NCBI GenBank assembly: GCA_004377005.1
Contig: SOIV01000268.1
Span: 1-57,923 of the forward strand
DNA: 57,923 bases
Source: Candidatus Aminicenantes bacterium
GTDB taxonomy: Bacteria; Acidobacteriota; Aminicenantia; Aminicenantales; Aminicenantaceae
Direction of reading: 5' to 3'
Shown here: positions 26,567-36,084 of the stretch, piece by piece
How positions within the stretch are numbered: position 1 is the stretch's first letter
Layout of the letters: every line of letters starts with the position of its first letter
The notes under the pieces: generated by a model
Seen by the model: the letters and a program-made list of their open reading frames with translations, nothing else
The model's database searches: none
What the model was told of the DNA's origin: nothing
Made by a program: the position numbers and the translations under genes

Positions 26567-29284
26567 ATGAAAGAGTTCAAAAGAGCAATTGTATTAGTCC
26601 TGGCATTTGGTCTTCTCTGGAGTATGTCTTATTCGCAGTCTAAAGTGACAAGTGCTTTGGAAGGTACAGTCGTCGACGATGAGGAGACTTCTCTTCCAGG
26701 AGTTGAGATTGAACTCTCTTCTCCCGACATGATTGGAGGCTCTCGAAGTAGAGTTACAGATGCGCGCGGTAAATTCAGATTTGTTGGACTCCAGCCAGGA
26801 ACGTATAGTATTGAGGCATCACTTCAAGGATTTGCCCCTAAAAGGAGAGAAGGCATCAGGTTGTTTGTCGGACAAACTTTGATTGTTGATTTTGTTCTCA
26901 AGATAGGAACGTTAGAAGAAGAGGTTACGGTAATAGCTGAATCCCCCCTTATTGATGTCAAAGATTCCGCAGTTGCTAGTACTCACATTCCAGAGTCAAC
27001 AATAAAAGATGTTGTTTTTTCTCGCGATTCTTATCAATATTTTGCGATGGATCTTGCACCTGGTACCTATGTAGCAGGTTGGCATGGGATTAAGGCTTAT
27101 GGAGGTACAACGAGGCAGGGGAATGCTTATACGATGGACGGTGTGGAGTTTTCTCACGGTGGCTTTGGGTCGAGCTGGATGGAATCAGACTCTAATATTT
27201 TTTCGGAGGCAGAAGTAGAAGGCCTGGGTGCCGCGGCTGAATACGATGGTTTTGATGGCCTTCATCTGAGTCTTGTTACAAAGAGCGGAGGAAATCAAGT
27301 TGAGGGGATGATACAATTAAATTACGGGGATATTGGTTGGAGCCAAGAAAGCGTCGATCGCAGTGATCCCTTCTATGAACTAGTAGAAGATCCCCAGAAG
27401 GAGGGCTTAATATACGGATCTTTTCTAGTAGGAGGTCCCCTTATTAAGGATAAGCTCTGGTACTTTGGTTCAGGAACTTACAGAAAATTTACTTTTGAAG
27501 ATACTATAGTACAAATTCCGTCGTTAGAATACGAGACGGGAAGATACTATAAGTATCTCCCAACAGGCATTGTTAAACTTACCTTCCAGCCTAGTACGTC
27601 CACTAGACTCTCGGCTTTCTTTGTAATGGACTATTTTAAGATGGAACATATGTACCAGGATATTTATTGGCCTTATGAAGCAGCGGGGTGGGAACGTGAG
27701 CCATCTTGGGTTGCCAACATCAGAATGTTCCATTCTTTTTCAGACAAGACATTTATAGAAACTACACTTGGATATACAAAATCGGGATTTGGAGTGGGAG
27801 GCTATTCGGAAGAAGCTATGCATATTGATGATACCACAGGAATTCTCTCTGTAAATTATGGATGGAGGATACAAGACGATGCCCCTCGTTATTCTGCAAA
27901 TGTTGCATTATCCCACCATGCCGATGATTTTATTAAAGGATCTCATGATTTTAAATTTGGCGTTGAGGTTGAACATATTTCAGATCATTATACTTTTCGC
28001 TACCACGGTGGTTATATTTATTATGACAACGTTTATTATGACTATGGTGTTTACTATGATTATGCTTATTCATGGTCTATGGATGTAAAACCTAAGGCTC
28101 TTAGAGTAGCTACTTTTGTTCAGGACAGTTGGAAAATTGGTAATGTTACAATCAATCCCGGGATACGTTTCAATTATTACAGAGGGACTCTTGAAACTTC
28201 GACTGAAGTATTTAAAACCAGTGGTTTTGCACCGAGATTAGGCATTACTTGGGATGTTTTTGGGGACCACAAAACTGCTCTGAAAGCTCATTACGGAAGG
28301 TATTATGACAAGTTCATTACAGGTATATTTGATAATGCGAGTGCTGGGGAGGAGGATTTTATCGGATATATGGTTGAGGCTGATGGCACTTTAACTGAAA
28401 TATGGAGAGATCCTTATTCTAATCCGACAACTATAGATCCAGATATAAAAATGCCTTCTTTAGATCAGTTCTCTTTTGGAATAGAAAGAGAACTGATGAA
28501 AGATACATCTGTTGCCTTATCCTTTGTATGGAAGAGATGGTATAATTCAATTACTCGCGTAAACATAGGTGAAGAATTTGAGTTAACTGATTTTACATTT
28601 ACAGATGAACAGGGACAAAGTCAAACATGGGATATATATGATCGCACTACTGAAGCGGCAACATACTCACTGACCAATCCCCGGCCAGGCCTTACTCCTT
28701 ATATAGAGAGGGAGAGTAAAAGAACGTATATGGGCTTCATCGCTGAGTTTGAAAAAAGATTTTCAGACAATTGGATGCTTAATGCTTCTTATTCATATGG
28801 AAAGGAAAAATCATGGCCCACTGGCACGAATCCAAACTCTCTAGTAGCTTTTGATCGTTGGGGTGGAGAACCTGTTGCTTATCCATTTCATATTTTTAAG
28901 GTGTACGGAACATTTCTCTTGCCATGGGATATCAAATTCAGCCCTACCTTCAGTTGGAGATCTGCATTCGGCGGACGTGGTATAGGAGATGGTAGATGGG
29001 AAGCAGAAGTAAGAGCTTCTGGTATTACAGGCAATCCTCTAGTTGATATCGAAAAACCAAACTCGAATAAACTTCCTGATTACATAGCTCTTGATTTAAG
29101 AATGGAAAAGAGTTTCACAATCAAAGGTAATCTGCGATTAGCAGGCTACTTAGATGTTTACAATGTTTTTAATCGACAAAAAGCAATAGAGGTACAAGAC
29201 CGACTAACAAATCCAGATTTTGGACTGGCCTATGATGTTAATTACGGGAGAGAGTTCAGGCTTGGATTTCGAGTTTACTTCTAA
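26567..29284 (+). CDS. TonB-dependent-receptor-like outer-membrane beta-barrel with an N-terminal CarboxypepD_reg domain.
   Basis: Signal peptide, LEGTVVDD...TDARGKFRFVGLQPGTYSIEASLQGF, then a plug-like EEVTVIAESPLIDV and a C-terminal ...FRLGFRVYF ending in Phe. Confidence 0.85.
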   Translation: MKEFKRAIVLVLAFGLLWSMSYSQSKVTSALEGTVVDDEETSLPGVEIELSSPDMIGGSRSRVTDARGKFRFVGLQPGTYSIEASLQGFAPKRREGIRLFVGQTLIVDFVLKIGTLEEEVTVIAESPLIDVKDSAVASTHIPESTIKDVVFSRDSYQYFAMDLAPGTYVAGWHGIKAYGGTTRQGNAYTMDGVEFSHGGFGSSWMESDSNIFSEAEVEGLGAAAEYDGFDGLHLSLVTKSGGNQVEGMIQLNYGDIGWSQESVDRSDPFYELVEDPQKEGLIYGSFLVGGPLIKDKLWYFGSGTYRKFTFEDTIVQIPSLEYETGRYYKYLPTGIVKLTFQPSTSTRLSAFFVMDYFKMEHMYQDIYWPYEAAGWEREPSWVANIRMFHSFSDKTFIETTLGYTKSGFGVGGYSEEAMHIDDTTGILSVNYGWRIQDDAPRYSANVALSHHADDFIKGSHDFKFGVEVEHISDHYTFRYHGGYIYYDNVYYDYGVYYDYAYSWSMDVKPKALRVATFVQDSWKIGNVTINPGIRFNYYRGTLETSTEVFKTSGFAPRLGITWDVFGDHKTALKAHYGRYYDKFITGIFDNASAGEEDFIGYMVEADGTLTEIWRDPYSNPTTIDPDIKMPSLDQFSFGIERELMKDTSVALSFVWKRWYNSITRVNIGEEFELTDFTFTDEQGQSQTWDIYDRTTEAATYSLTNPRPGLTPYIERESKRTYMGFIAEFEKRFSDNWMLNASYSYGKEKSWPTGTNPNSLVAFDRWGGEPVAYPFHIFKVYGTFLLPWDIKFSPTFSWRSAFGGRGIGDGRWEAEVRASGITGNPLVDIEKPNSNKLPDYIALDLRMEKSFTIKGNLRLAGYLDVYNVFNRQKAIEVQDRLTNPDFGLAYDVNYGREFRLGFRVYF

Positions 29285-29346
29285 GAATGCGGAGCGCATA
29301 GTTCTATAGGCAGAGTTCTACAGGCTTGCCGTTGGGTGAAGGTGTA

Positions 29347-29710
29347 GGCGGCGATATGCTTTGCTAGCGAAGTAGAGGTTATATTATTTAAACACACTGC
29401 ATATCGCTAAGAGTACTATATTGTACGGATAACTAAATATCGCCGCCCCATCCTAAATCCTGGAGTACAACTGTATTTACGAAAACTTTTTCCCCAGGTT
29501 ATACAGAGCTTGCCAGGATGCGAAATAGTAGAATATAGCTTACAGGTCGATCCTATTCATATTATTATCCTTCTAAAATATGCAGTGCGCGATTTGATGA
29601 GTAGGGTCAAAGGAACGACAGCAAGCAGATAGGGGATGAAGATTTCGTGGTTTCGTCAGATATGTACAATAGCCAAGAATCCAGGATTTAGGGCAAGCGA
29701 ACCTTGAATT
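29347..29710 (+). mobile_element. Degraded IS200/IS605-family element: relic of a Y1 (HUH) transposase TnpA, with stops and frameshifts, preceded by nested hairpins.
   Basis: Frame fragments WSTT.FTK, CEIVEYSLQVDPIHIIIL-LKYAVRDLMSRVKGTTASR and NPGFRAS match the TnpA pattern VWsTKYR / e.evmpDHVHlLv..ppkysvs..v..lKG.ss. The HUH second His is lost. Upstream, GGCGGCGATAT (29347-29357), GCATATCGC (29399-29407) and ATATCGCCGCC (29437-29447) can pair. Confidence 0.7.
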
Positions 29711-29795
29711 TAAATAAGAGCCACGGTTTTAGGAGTGGGCGTCTACTCGAGCCAAAAAGGGAAGATAAATGTAATTTTAAAAAGAGGAGGCAATA

Positions 29796-31508
29796 ATGTT
29801 TAAACGATGGCTAATAATCTTCAGTGCCTTGACAATGATGATGTTTTTTTTGGCCGGATGCAAGAGTGGAGAATTTGACATCCTTGTAAAGAATGGAAAA
29901 ATCGTTGACGGAACAGGGAATCCATGGTTTTATGGCGACATTGGCATAATTGGGGATACGATTGCCGAGATTGGAGACCTTTCTGGAAGAACTGCCGCTA
30001 AAACCATCGATGCCAAGGGACTGGCTGTTTCCCCCGGATTTATCGACGTTCACACTCACTGTGATGGAGGATTGGGAAGACCCGATGCCAATGCGAACTT
30101 GAACTATCTGATCCAGGGAACAACAACAGTAGTTACAGGCAACTGTGGTGATGGGACCTTCAAGATTGCTGAGACCAAAGACAAATGGGAAAAACAAGGA
30201 ATCGGAACAAATGCCGTTCATCTGGTTGGATTCGGTACAGTCCGCAGATCAGTCATGGGCGTGGAACCGCGCGATGCTACACCAGAGGAGCTGGATAAGA
30301 TTAAGGAGATTGTCCGACAAGCGATGAGAGAAGGTGCTTGGGGGATGAGTACAGGTTTAGAATATATACCAGGCCGCTATGCAGCTACCGAAGAAATCAT
30401 CGAAGTCACAAAAGTCGTTGGCGAGTTTGGAGGGGTTTATGCCAGCCACCAGCGCAATGAGTTTGATCGTGTACCTGAATCCACTCAAGAAACTATCCGA
30501 ATCGCTGAAGAAGCCGGAGTGCGAGCCAATGTATCCCACTTCAAAGTATGTAGAAAGGATTACTGGGGGAAGATGAAAGAGGCTGTAAAATTGATTAACG
30601 ACGCCCGGACCGGGGGAATATACGTCGTTGCAGATATGTATCCCTATCACTATGCATCAGGAGGGCGAATTCTGCCGATTGCCAGAAACTCTGGCTGGGC
30701 CCCTTTTCATCTTCCGAATGACATGGAACCATTTGCAGAACTCAGAAAGAAAATGAGGGATCGGAATCTACCAGATTCGGAGAGGGAGAAGCTTAAAGAG
30801 CAGTATGTGGATGAGCTGGCAAAGGCCCTCGCTGATAAATCAAAACGGGAGCAGATCAGGAAATCAGTACTCGAGGGGGAACCTCATAGACCTAGTTCTG
30901 TAGCCTTAGCGGGCTGGGATAGTTATTTGGTTACAATTGCCGAGAAAAATACTCATCTGATTGGAAAAATCCTATCGGACATTGCCAAGGAACAAAAAAG
31001 AGATCCTTTTGATCTCGCCGCAGATTTAGTCATTGATGAACCCGACCTGTACGTCGCTTGTGGAGTCATGTCGGAAGACGACATGAAGTATGCGATGAAG
31101 CAAGATTGGTTGATGTTTTCAAGTGATGGGGACGCATCGCCTATCTTAAAGGAGACCGACGTACCCAGAATTGGGCATCCCCGCGCTTTCAGCAGTCAAG
31201 CCAGAGTGCTCCGTAAGTACGTAAGAGAAGAGAAACTATTGACACTGGAGAATGCCATTAAAAAGATGACCTCCCTTCCTGCCTCTTTCCTTCAGCTGAA
31301 AGATAGAGGACTGCTCATGAGGGGATACAAGGCTGATATAGCTATATTCAATCCTGACACTATCAAGGACAATGCTACATTTACTGATGCACGCCAGTAC
31401 AGCACGGGGACTGAATACGTGATTGTGAATGGAAAGATTAGTATAGAAAATGGGGAATATGATGGTGCCTTAAACGGGAAACTGCTGCTGTTAACAGAAA
31501 ACAAATAA
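29796..31508 (+). CDS. Lipoprotein N-acyl-D-amino-acid deacylase (D-aminoacylase family amidohydrolase).
   Basis: Lipobox-like FLAGC. SPGFIDVHTHCD metal motif. Its size and collinearity are typical of D-aminoacylases. AGGAGG RBS. Confidence 0.85.
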   Translation: MFKRWLIIFSALTMMMFFLAGCKSGEFDILVKNGKIVDGTGNPWFYGDIGIIGDTIAEIGDLSGRTAAKTIDAKGLAVSPGFIDVHTHCDGGLGRPDANANLNYLIQGTTTVVTGNCGDGTFKIAETKDKWEKQGIGTNAVHLVGFGTVRRSVMGVEPRDATPEELDKIKEIVRQAMREGAWGMSTGLEYIPGRYAATEEIIEVTKVVGEFGGVYASHQRNEFDRVPESTQETIRIAEEAGVRANVSHFKVCRKDYWGKMKEAVKLINDARTGGIYVVADMYPYHYASGGRILPIARNSGWAPFHLPNDMEPFAELRKKMRDRNLPDSEREKLKEQYVDELAKALADKSKREQIRKSVLEGEPHRPSSVALAGWDSYLVTIAEKNTHLIGKILSDIAKEQKRDPFDLAADLVIDEPDLYVACGVMSEDDMKYAMKQDWLMFSSDGDASPILKETDVPRIGHPRAFSSQARVLRKYVREEKLLTLENAIKKMTSLPASFLQLKDRGLLMRGYKADIAIFNPDTIKDNATFTDARQYSTGTEYVIVNGKISIENGEYDGALNGKLLLLTENK

Positions 31509-31638
31509 GTACGGATACATTTATGCTCGGATACTAAAGGAGGCATACTTGTTGCCATCAGCAATGCCTGCGAATTGCCTTTCAATTCTTGAATGACGAT
31601 TCGGGCAATACAAACGAGTGTGTGGATGAGTAACGTGG

Positions 31639-33837
31639 ATGAGTAGAGAAAAGAACAAAAAAAAGCTAGTAATCTTTACTACAACTATTTTGACATATGT
31701 ATTGATTCTCTTTTTCGTCTCAGCCTGTCAGGCATATCCATCGATGGGAACCGATAAAGAAAAATTGAACGTCCTCCTTATAACGATAGATACCCTCAGA
31801 GCGGATTGGCTGAGTTGTTACGGCAGCGAACATCTTGATACACCAAACATCGATAGCTTGTCAGAGAGGGGCGTCCTTTTCTCCAGAGCCTTTGCCAATA
31901 CCTCCACCACATTACCTTCCCATGCCAATATTCTCCTCGGGACAACGCCTCCTTATCACGGTGTGCATGATAATATAAATTTTGTGGTGCGAGAAGAATT
32001 TCTTACGCTAGCTGAGTACTTAAAGGAGCATGACTACTCCAACGGAGCTTTTATCGGAGCTTATCCTCTCCATGCGAAATTTGGTCTTAACCAGGGATTT
32101 GATACTTACGATGATGAGATGGACCGCCTGCCCTTCCAGGACTTTATGTCAGAAGAGAGGAGAGGTGAAGTCGTTATCGACAGAGCTCTTAGCTGGCTGA
32201 AGAAGCGTAATTCTCCCTGGTTTCTCTGGATTCATTGTTGGGATCCTCATGATCCCTATGAACCTCCTGAGCCGTATCTAACTCAATACAAAGAGCATCC
32301 TTACACAGGAGAGGTGGCCTATGTTGATTTTGTCCTGGGAAGGTTTTTTGCCTACTTGGAAGAAAACAATCTATTCGAAGATACTCTCGTTATTTTTACC
32401 GGAGATCACGGTGAATCATTAGGACAACATGGTGAAAAAACTCACGGCTTTTTAGCCTACAACACTACGATCTGGATTCCCCTGATAATAATCTCTCCTG
32501 GGTTTGAGAAACGCCGAGTTGAGCACTATGTCAGCCATATCGACATATTCCCCACGGTGTGCGATATTCTCAATTTCAAAAAACCGTCTTTCCTTCAGGG
32601 CATCTCGCTTGTCCCGGCTCTTAAGGGAAAAAAAGTGCCCCAAAGACCTATCTATTTTGAATCTCTCCATCCCTATTACAGTAAAGGCTGGGCACCTCTC
32701 AGGGGATTTATTTTTAATAAAGAGAAGTATACCAGCTCCCCTATTCCAGAGCTTTATGATCTGGGTGCGGATTTTGATGAGAAGAGCAACCTCGCTGCGA
32801 AAAGGAAATTAGGTAGATTTGAAAAACGGTTAGAGAAAATAATGAGTGACTATATATTTCCTGAAAGCGAGAGAGCAGAAGAGCGACTTGACAAAGAATC
32901 ACTCGAAAAATTGAGAAGCCTGGGGTATATCTCAAGCTCTCCGGATACGAGAAAGGAAAACTTTACACGGGATGACGATGTTAAAATGCTTCTTCCGTAT
33001 TATAACCAAGCCATGGAGGCCCTTGAACAGTATGGACAGGGGAATAAAAAACAGGGATTCGAGACGTTAAAAAAGATTATCACTGAAAGAAAGGATCTTG
33101 CTGTCACCTATATTAACCTTGCCGACTTATACAAAAAAGAGAAAAGGCTGAGAGATGCTGTTGAGGTTCTGAAGATCGGGCATGAAAATGTTCCCTCCAA
33201 CTATTTCGTCTTTTTTTCCTTGCTGAACAGTCTCCAGGAAGCTGGGCAGTATAATAATATTATTCAGGCTTTTCACGGAAAGAGCTACCTTCAGATGGAA
33301 TCTGACCCAGCGATATGGAATTTGTTGGGAAATGCATACTATAAAACAAGTAATTTTGAGAAAGCCATAGATCAGTACAAGATGGCCCTTTCGCTCGACG
33401 CTGAATCTCAGTTACTTTTTGCCAATCTCGGCGAAGCTCAGTTTTCCCTAGCGGTGAAGAAAAAAGACAAAACTATGCTCCAGAAAGCGCTACAGAGTTT
33501 TCAAACAGCCGTTAAACTTGATCCTGATTATGCATTGTCTCATGTAGGTTTAGGCAAAGCATTCAGGCTATTAGGCCGCTTTGATTATGCCATCGCTTCC
33601 TTTAGAAAAGCCCTCGATTTAGACGATAAGCTTGATGAGGCGCTTTATGTTTTAGGTTTAACCTATCTCGATAAGGGGGATAAAGATAAAGCGCTGAGCA
33701 CGTTGACTCTTTACAAGCAAAAATACTACGATTCTCTTCCCGATGATCAGAAGCAGAAATTGGATGATTTGATCAGAAGGTGCAAATTGAATAAAAATGA
33801 GCCGAACTCAATGCAGTCCTTAAAACCAATTTCCTAA
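31639..33837 (+). CDS. Sulfatase-like hydrolase/transferase fused to TPR repeats, a paralog of 12226..14691.
   Basis: IDTLRADWLSCYG...TTLPSHANILLGT...GDHGESLG, then TPR repeats. Confidence 0.85.
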   Translation: MSREKNKKKLVIFTTTILTYVLILFFVSACQAYPSMGTDKEKLNVLLITIDTLRADWLSCYGSEHLDTPNIDSLSERGVLFSRAFANTSTTLPSHANILLGTTPPYHGVHDNINFVVREEFLTLAEYLKEHDYSNGAFIGAYPLHAKFGLNQGFDTYDDEMDRLPFQDFMSEERRGEVVIDRALSWLKKRNSPWFLWIHCWDPHDPYEPPEPYLTQYKEHPYTGEVAYVDFVLGRFFAYLEENNLFEDTLVIFTGDHGESLGQHGEKTHGFLAYNTTIWIPLIIISPGFEKRRVEHYVSHIDIFPTVCDILNFKKPSFLQGISLVPALKGKKVPQRPIYFESLHPYYSKGWAPLRGFIFNKEKYTSSPIPELYDLGADFDEKSNLAAKRKLGRFEKRLEKIMSDYIFPESERAEERLDKESLEKLRSLGYISSSPDTRKENFTRDDDVKMLLPYYNQAMEALEQYGQGNKKQGFETLKKIITERKDLAVTYINLADLYKKEKRLRDAVEVLKIGHENVPSNYFVFFSLLNSLQEAGQYNNIIQAFHGKSYLQMESDPAIWNLLGNAYYKTSNFEKAIDQYKMALSLDAESQLLFANLGEAQFSLAVKKKDKTMLQKALQSFQTAVKLDPDYALSHVGLGKAFRLLGRFDYAIASFRKALDLDDKLDEALYVLGLTYLDKGDKDKALSTLTLYKQKYYDSLPDDQKQKLDDLIRRCKLNKNEPNSMQSLKPIS

Positions 33838-33963
33838 GCTAAAAAGGATTTGAAAGAATATCAAGGTGTGTAATAAATAAAAGACAAAAATATTCCTTGT
33901 CGAGCGAATTTTTCATAAAATATATAGAAGTATTTGTCCTCACAGGTTTTTAAGGAGAAATCA

Positions 33964-35169
33964 ATGGCCCATGTAAAGAGAAAAAAAGGGAAAATTGGCA
34001 TTTTGACCGGGGGAGGAGATGTTCCCGGATTAAATCCTGCTATTCGTGCTATTACGATTCGTGCTATTAGAGAAGGATATGAAGTTATCGGGATCCGGCG
34101 GGGATGGGCCGGTATGATCGAAATGCAAAGAGATAAAGACTATCCTAATGAGGCTCATTTTCATGTTCTCACGGAAGAAATAGTTAATAAAACCGGTCGC
34201 ACTGGGGGTACTTTTTTACATACGTCCAGAACAAGGCCCAGCCATATTCTCAAGGTTGATGTACCTGATCATCTTCAGCAAAAATTCAATAAAAAGGTCA
34301 ATGATCTTTCATCCGAAGTACTCAAAAATATTGACTATCTTGGTATCGATTATCTCATTCCGATCGGTGGAGATGATACTCTGAGTTATGCATTCAGGCT
34401 CCATAAGGAAGGAGTGAAAGTCATATGTGTCCCAAAAACCATGGATAACGATGTGCCTGGGACAGATTATTGCATTGGATTCAGCACTTGCGTCACGCGC
34501 ACGATCAGTATGACTCATGCTTTACGGACTGCAGCCGGCTCCCATGAACGCTTTCTGGTCATTGAGGTGTTTGGGAGATACGCCGGCTTTACTGCATTAC
34601 TGCCGACAATGGCGGGGGCTGCCAATCGCTGTGTGATACCGGAATATAAATTCGATATTAATCGATTGTGTGAACTCCTCACCAAAGATAGACTGACAAA
34701 TCCCAGTAACTATTCCGTTGTACTTGTTTCCGAGGGAGCAATGGTCAAAGGGGAAGAAATGGTCTTTGAAGGGAAGGAAAAGGATATGTACGGGCATAAA
34801 AAATTGGGAGGAATAGGAGATCAAGTTGCGAGTCTCTTAAAAGAGCGTTCTGCCACTTTCAACAATGGAAGAAGGATTAATGTGATCAATCAGAGATTGA
34901 GCTATTTAGTAAGATGCGGTGATCCGGATGCTATTGATTCCATAGTCCCCATGGCATATGGAAATCTTGCATTGGACCTGATTTTGAAGGACACTCCGGG
35001 CCGGATGGTCAGCCTGCGGAAGGGGAAGTATAATGATGTTCCTATCGATGTGGTTGCAAGTACTAAAAAAGTCGTGGATTTGGAAAAATATTATAATAAG
35101 GAACGACTACGTCCAAAATATAAAAGCTTTATTAACAAACCGCTGTTTATAATGACCAGCGATTTTTAA
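33964..35169 (+). CDS. 6-phosphofructokinase. The signature residues suggest a pyrophosphate-dependent type.
   Basis: GILTGGGDVPGLN, IGGDDT (Asp where ATP-PFKs have GGDGS) and PKTMDND (Lys where ATP-PFKs have PGT). AAGGAG lies 6 nt upstream of the 33964 ATG. Confidence 0.88.
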   Translation: MAHVKRKKGKIGILTGGGDVPGLNPAIRAITIRAIREGYEVIGIRRGWAGMIEMQRDKDYPNEAHFHVLTEEIVNKTGRTGGTFLHTSRTRPSHILKVDVPDHLQQKFNKKVNDLSSEVLKNIDYLGIDYLIPIGGDDTLSYAFRLHKEGVKVICVPKTMDNDVPGTDYCIGFSTCVTRTISMTHALRTAAGSHERFLVIEVFGRYAGFTALLPTMAGAANRCVIPEYKFDINRLCELLTKDRLTNPSNYSVVLVSEGAMVKGEEMVFEGKEKDMYGHKKLGGIGDQVASLLKERSATFNNGRRINVINQRLSYLVRCGDPDAIDSIVPMAYGNLALDLILKDTPGRMVSLRKGKYNDVPIDVVASTKKVVDLEKYYNKERLRPKYKSFINKPLFIMTSDF

Positions 35170-35381
35170 GGTTTGCTATCAGTATGATAAAAGCCTGACC
35201 TGCGCGAGGATCCCGCTAATTCTCTAGCCTTTCCATAATTCTAAATTGAAAATAATAGAAACCTCCCCGTGTGGACACGGTGTGGACAAAATGACTGAAA
35301 ATGACTCAGTTTAAGTGACTCAGGCTAAAAAATAAAAACACAGAAAAAACTCAAATATCAGGGGAAAAAGGAAGAATAGGA

Positions 35382-35458
<77 letters not shown>

Positions 35459-35469
35459 GTATCAGCCAT

Positions 35470-35497
35470 ATTATAGCAAACTTCTGCTATTTGTCAA
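35470..35497 (-). promoter_or_regulatory. Sigma-70 promoter for the tRNA: TTGACA (35497-35492), 16-nt spacer, TGcTATAAT extended -10 (TATAAT = 35475-35470).
   Basis: Consensus hexamers, with the -10 box ending 11 nt upstream of tRNA position 1. Confidence 0.65.
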
Positions 35498-35545
35498 AAA
35501 AAGGAATAAAATGTTTTTTACGCCACATTTAAAATGTTTTTTCTC

Positions 35546-35575
35546 TTGACATTAACTCGGTGCAAAAAATATAAT
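35546..35575 (+). promoter_or_regulatory. Sigma-70 promoter for nuoJKLMN: TTGACA (35546-35551), 18-nt spacer, TATAAT (35570-35575).
   Basis: Both hexamers are consensus. The nuoJ ATG is at 35590. Confidence 0.6.
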
Positions 35576-35589
35576 GAGAACCTCAAAAA

Positions 35590-36084
35590 ATGGGCTATTT
35601 TCTCTTTTTCTTACTCGCTGCATTGACCGTTGGTGCAGTCCTGGGTATGATTATCTCCAAAAACCAGGCTTACAATGCCATTTTCCTGATCCTTGCCTTT
35701 GCCTGCATGGGAGGTCTCTTTGCTCTTCTCGAGGCACCTTTCATCGCAGTGGTCCAAATCATCATCTATGCGGGCGCTATCATGGTTCTCTTTATCTTCG
35801 TGGTTATGATGATCAATGTGCGTTCTGGTATTCCAGCTGAAAAAAAGAAATGGACTATATATCTTTCTCTAGTGATCGCTGTTGTCCTTATCATCGAGCT
35901 TATTCTCTCAATAAAAGGAGCTTTTACTCTCCCGGTCTCAACGGCAATAATAAAAGCCGGACCTACTGATCTTGGCCGGCTCCTTTTTACTAAGTATCTT
36001 TATCATTTTGAGATCACTTCAATCTTGATAATAGCCGCCTTAGTCGGTGCTATTGTATTAGTTAAGAAAAAAGAAAAAGAATGA
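35590..36084 (+). CDS. nuoJ: NADH-quinone oxidoreductase subunit J.
   Basis: 164 aa, 5 TM helices, typical APFIAVVQIIIYAGAIMVLFIFVVMM segment. First gene of the J-K-L-M-N order. Confidence 0.9.
   Translation: MGYFLFFLLAALTVGAVLGMIISKNQAYNAIFLILAFACMGGLFALLEAPFIAVVQIIIYAGAIMVLFIFVVMMINVRSGIPAEKKKWTIYLSLVIAVVLIIELILSIKGAFTLPVSTAIIKAGPTDLGRLLFTKYLYHFEITSILIIAALVGAIVLVKKKEKE

Noticed and set aside
29452-29692. 13-bp perfect inverted repeat CCTAAATCCTGGA / TCCAGGATTTAGG as terminal inverted repeats of the IS relic.
   Set aside because: IS200/IS605 elements lack terminal inverted repeats. Both copies also fall inside transposase-coding remnants. It is recorded as a curiosity, possibly chance or an internal rearrangement scar.
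31622-31646. 11-nt direct duplication GTGGATGAGTA (twice, 14-nt period) at the start codon of the second sulfatase-fold gene.
   Set aside because: It is probably a small slippage duplication. There is no further copy and no evident regulatory geometry.
35265-35340. Repeated GTGTGGACA (twice) and (A/G)TGACTCAG / ATGACTGAA (three times) between the phosphofructokinase gene and the tRNA. Considered as an att-like site or a terminator.
   Set aside because: There is no partial tRNA duplication, no integrase and no stable GC-rich stem with a U-tract. The evidence is insufficient for any functional call.
35574-35840. 88-aa ORF overlapping nuoJ in another frame.
   Set aside because: The 35590 frame gives a canonical NuoJ. 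The alternative frame is Cys/His-rich with no homolog pattern.
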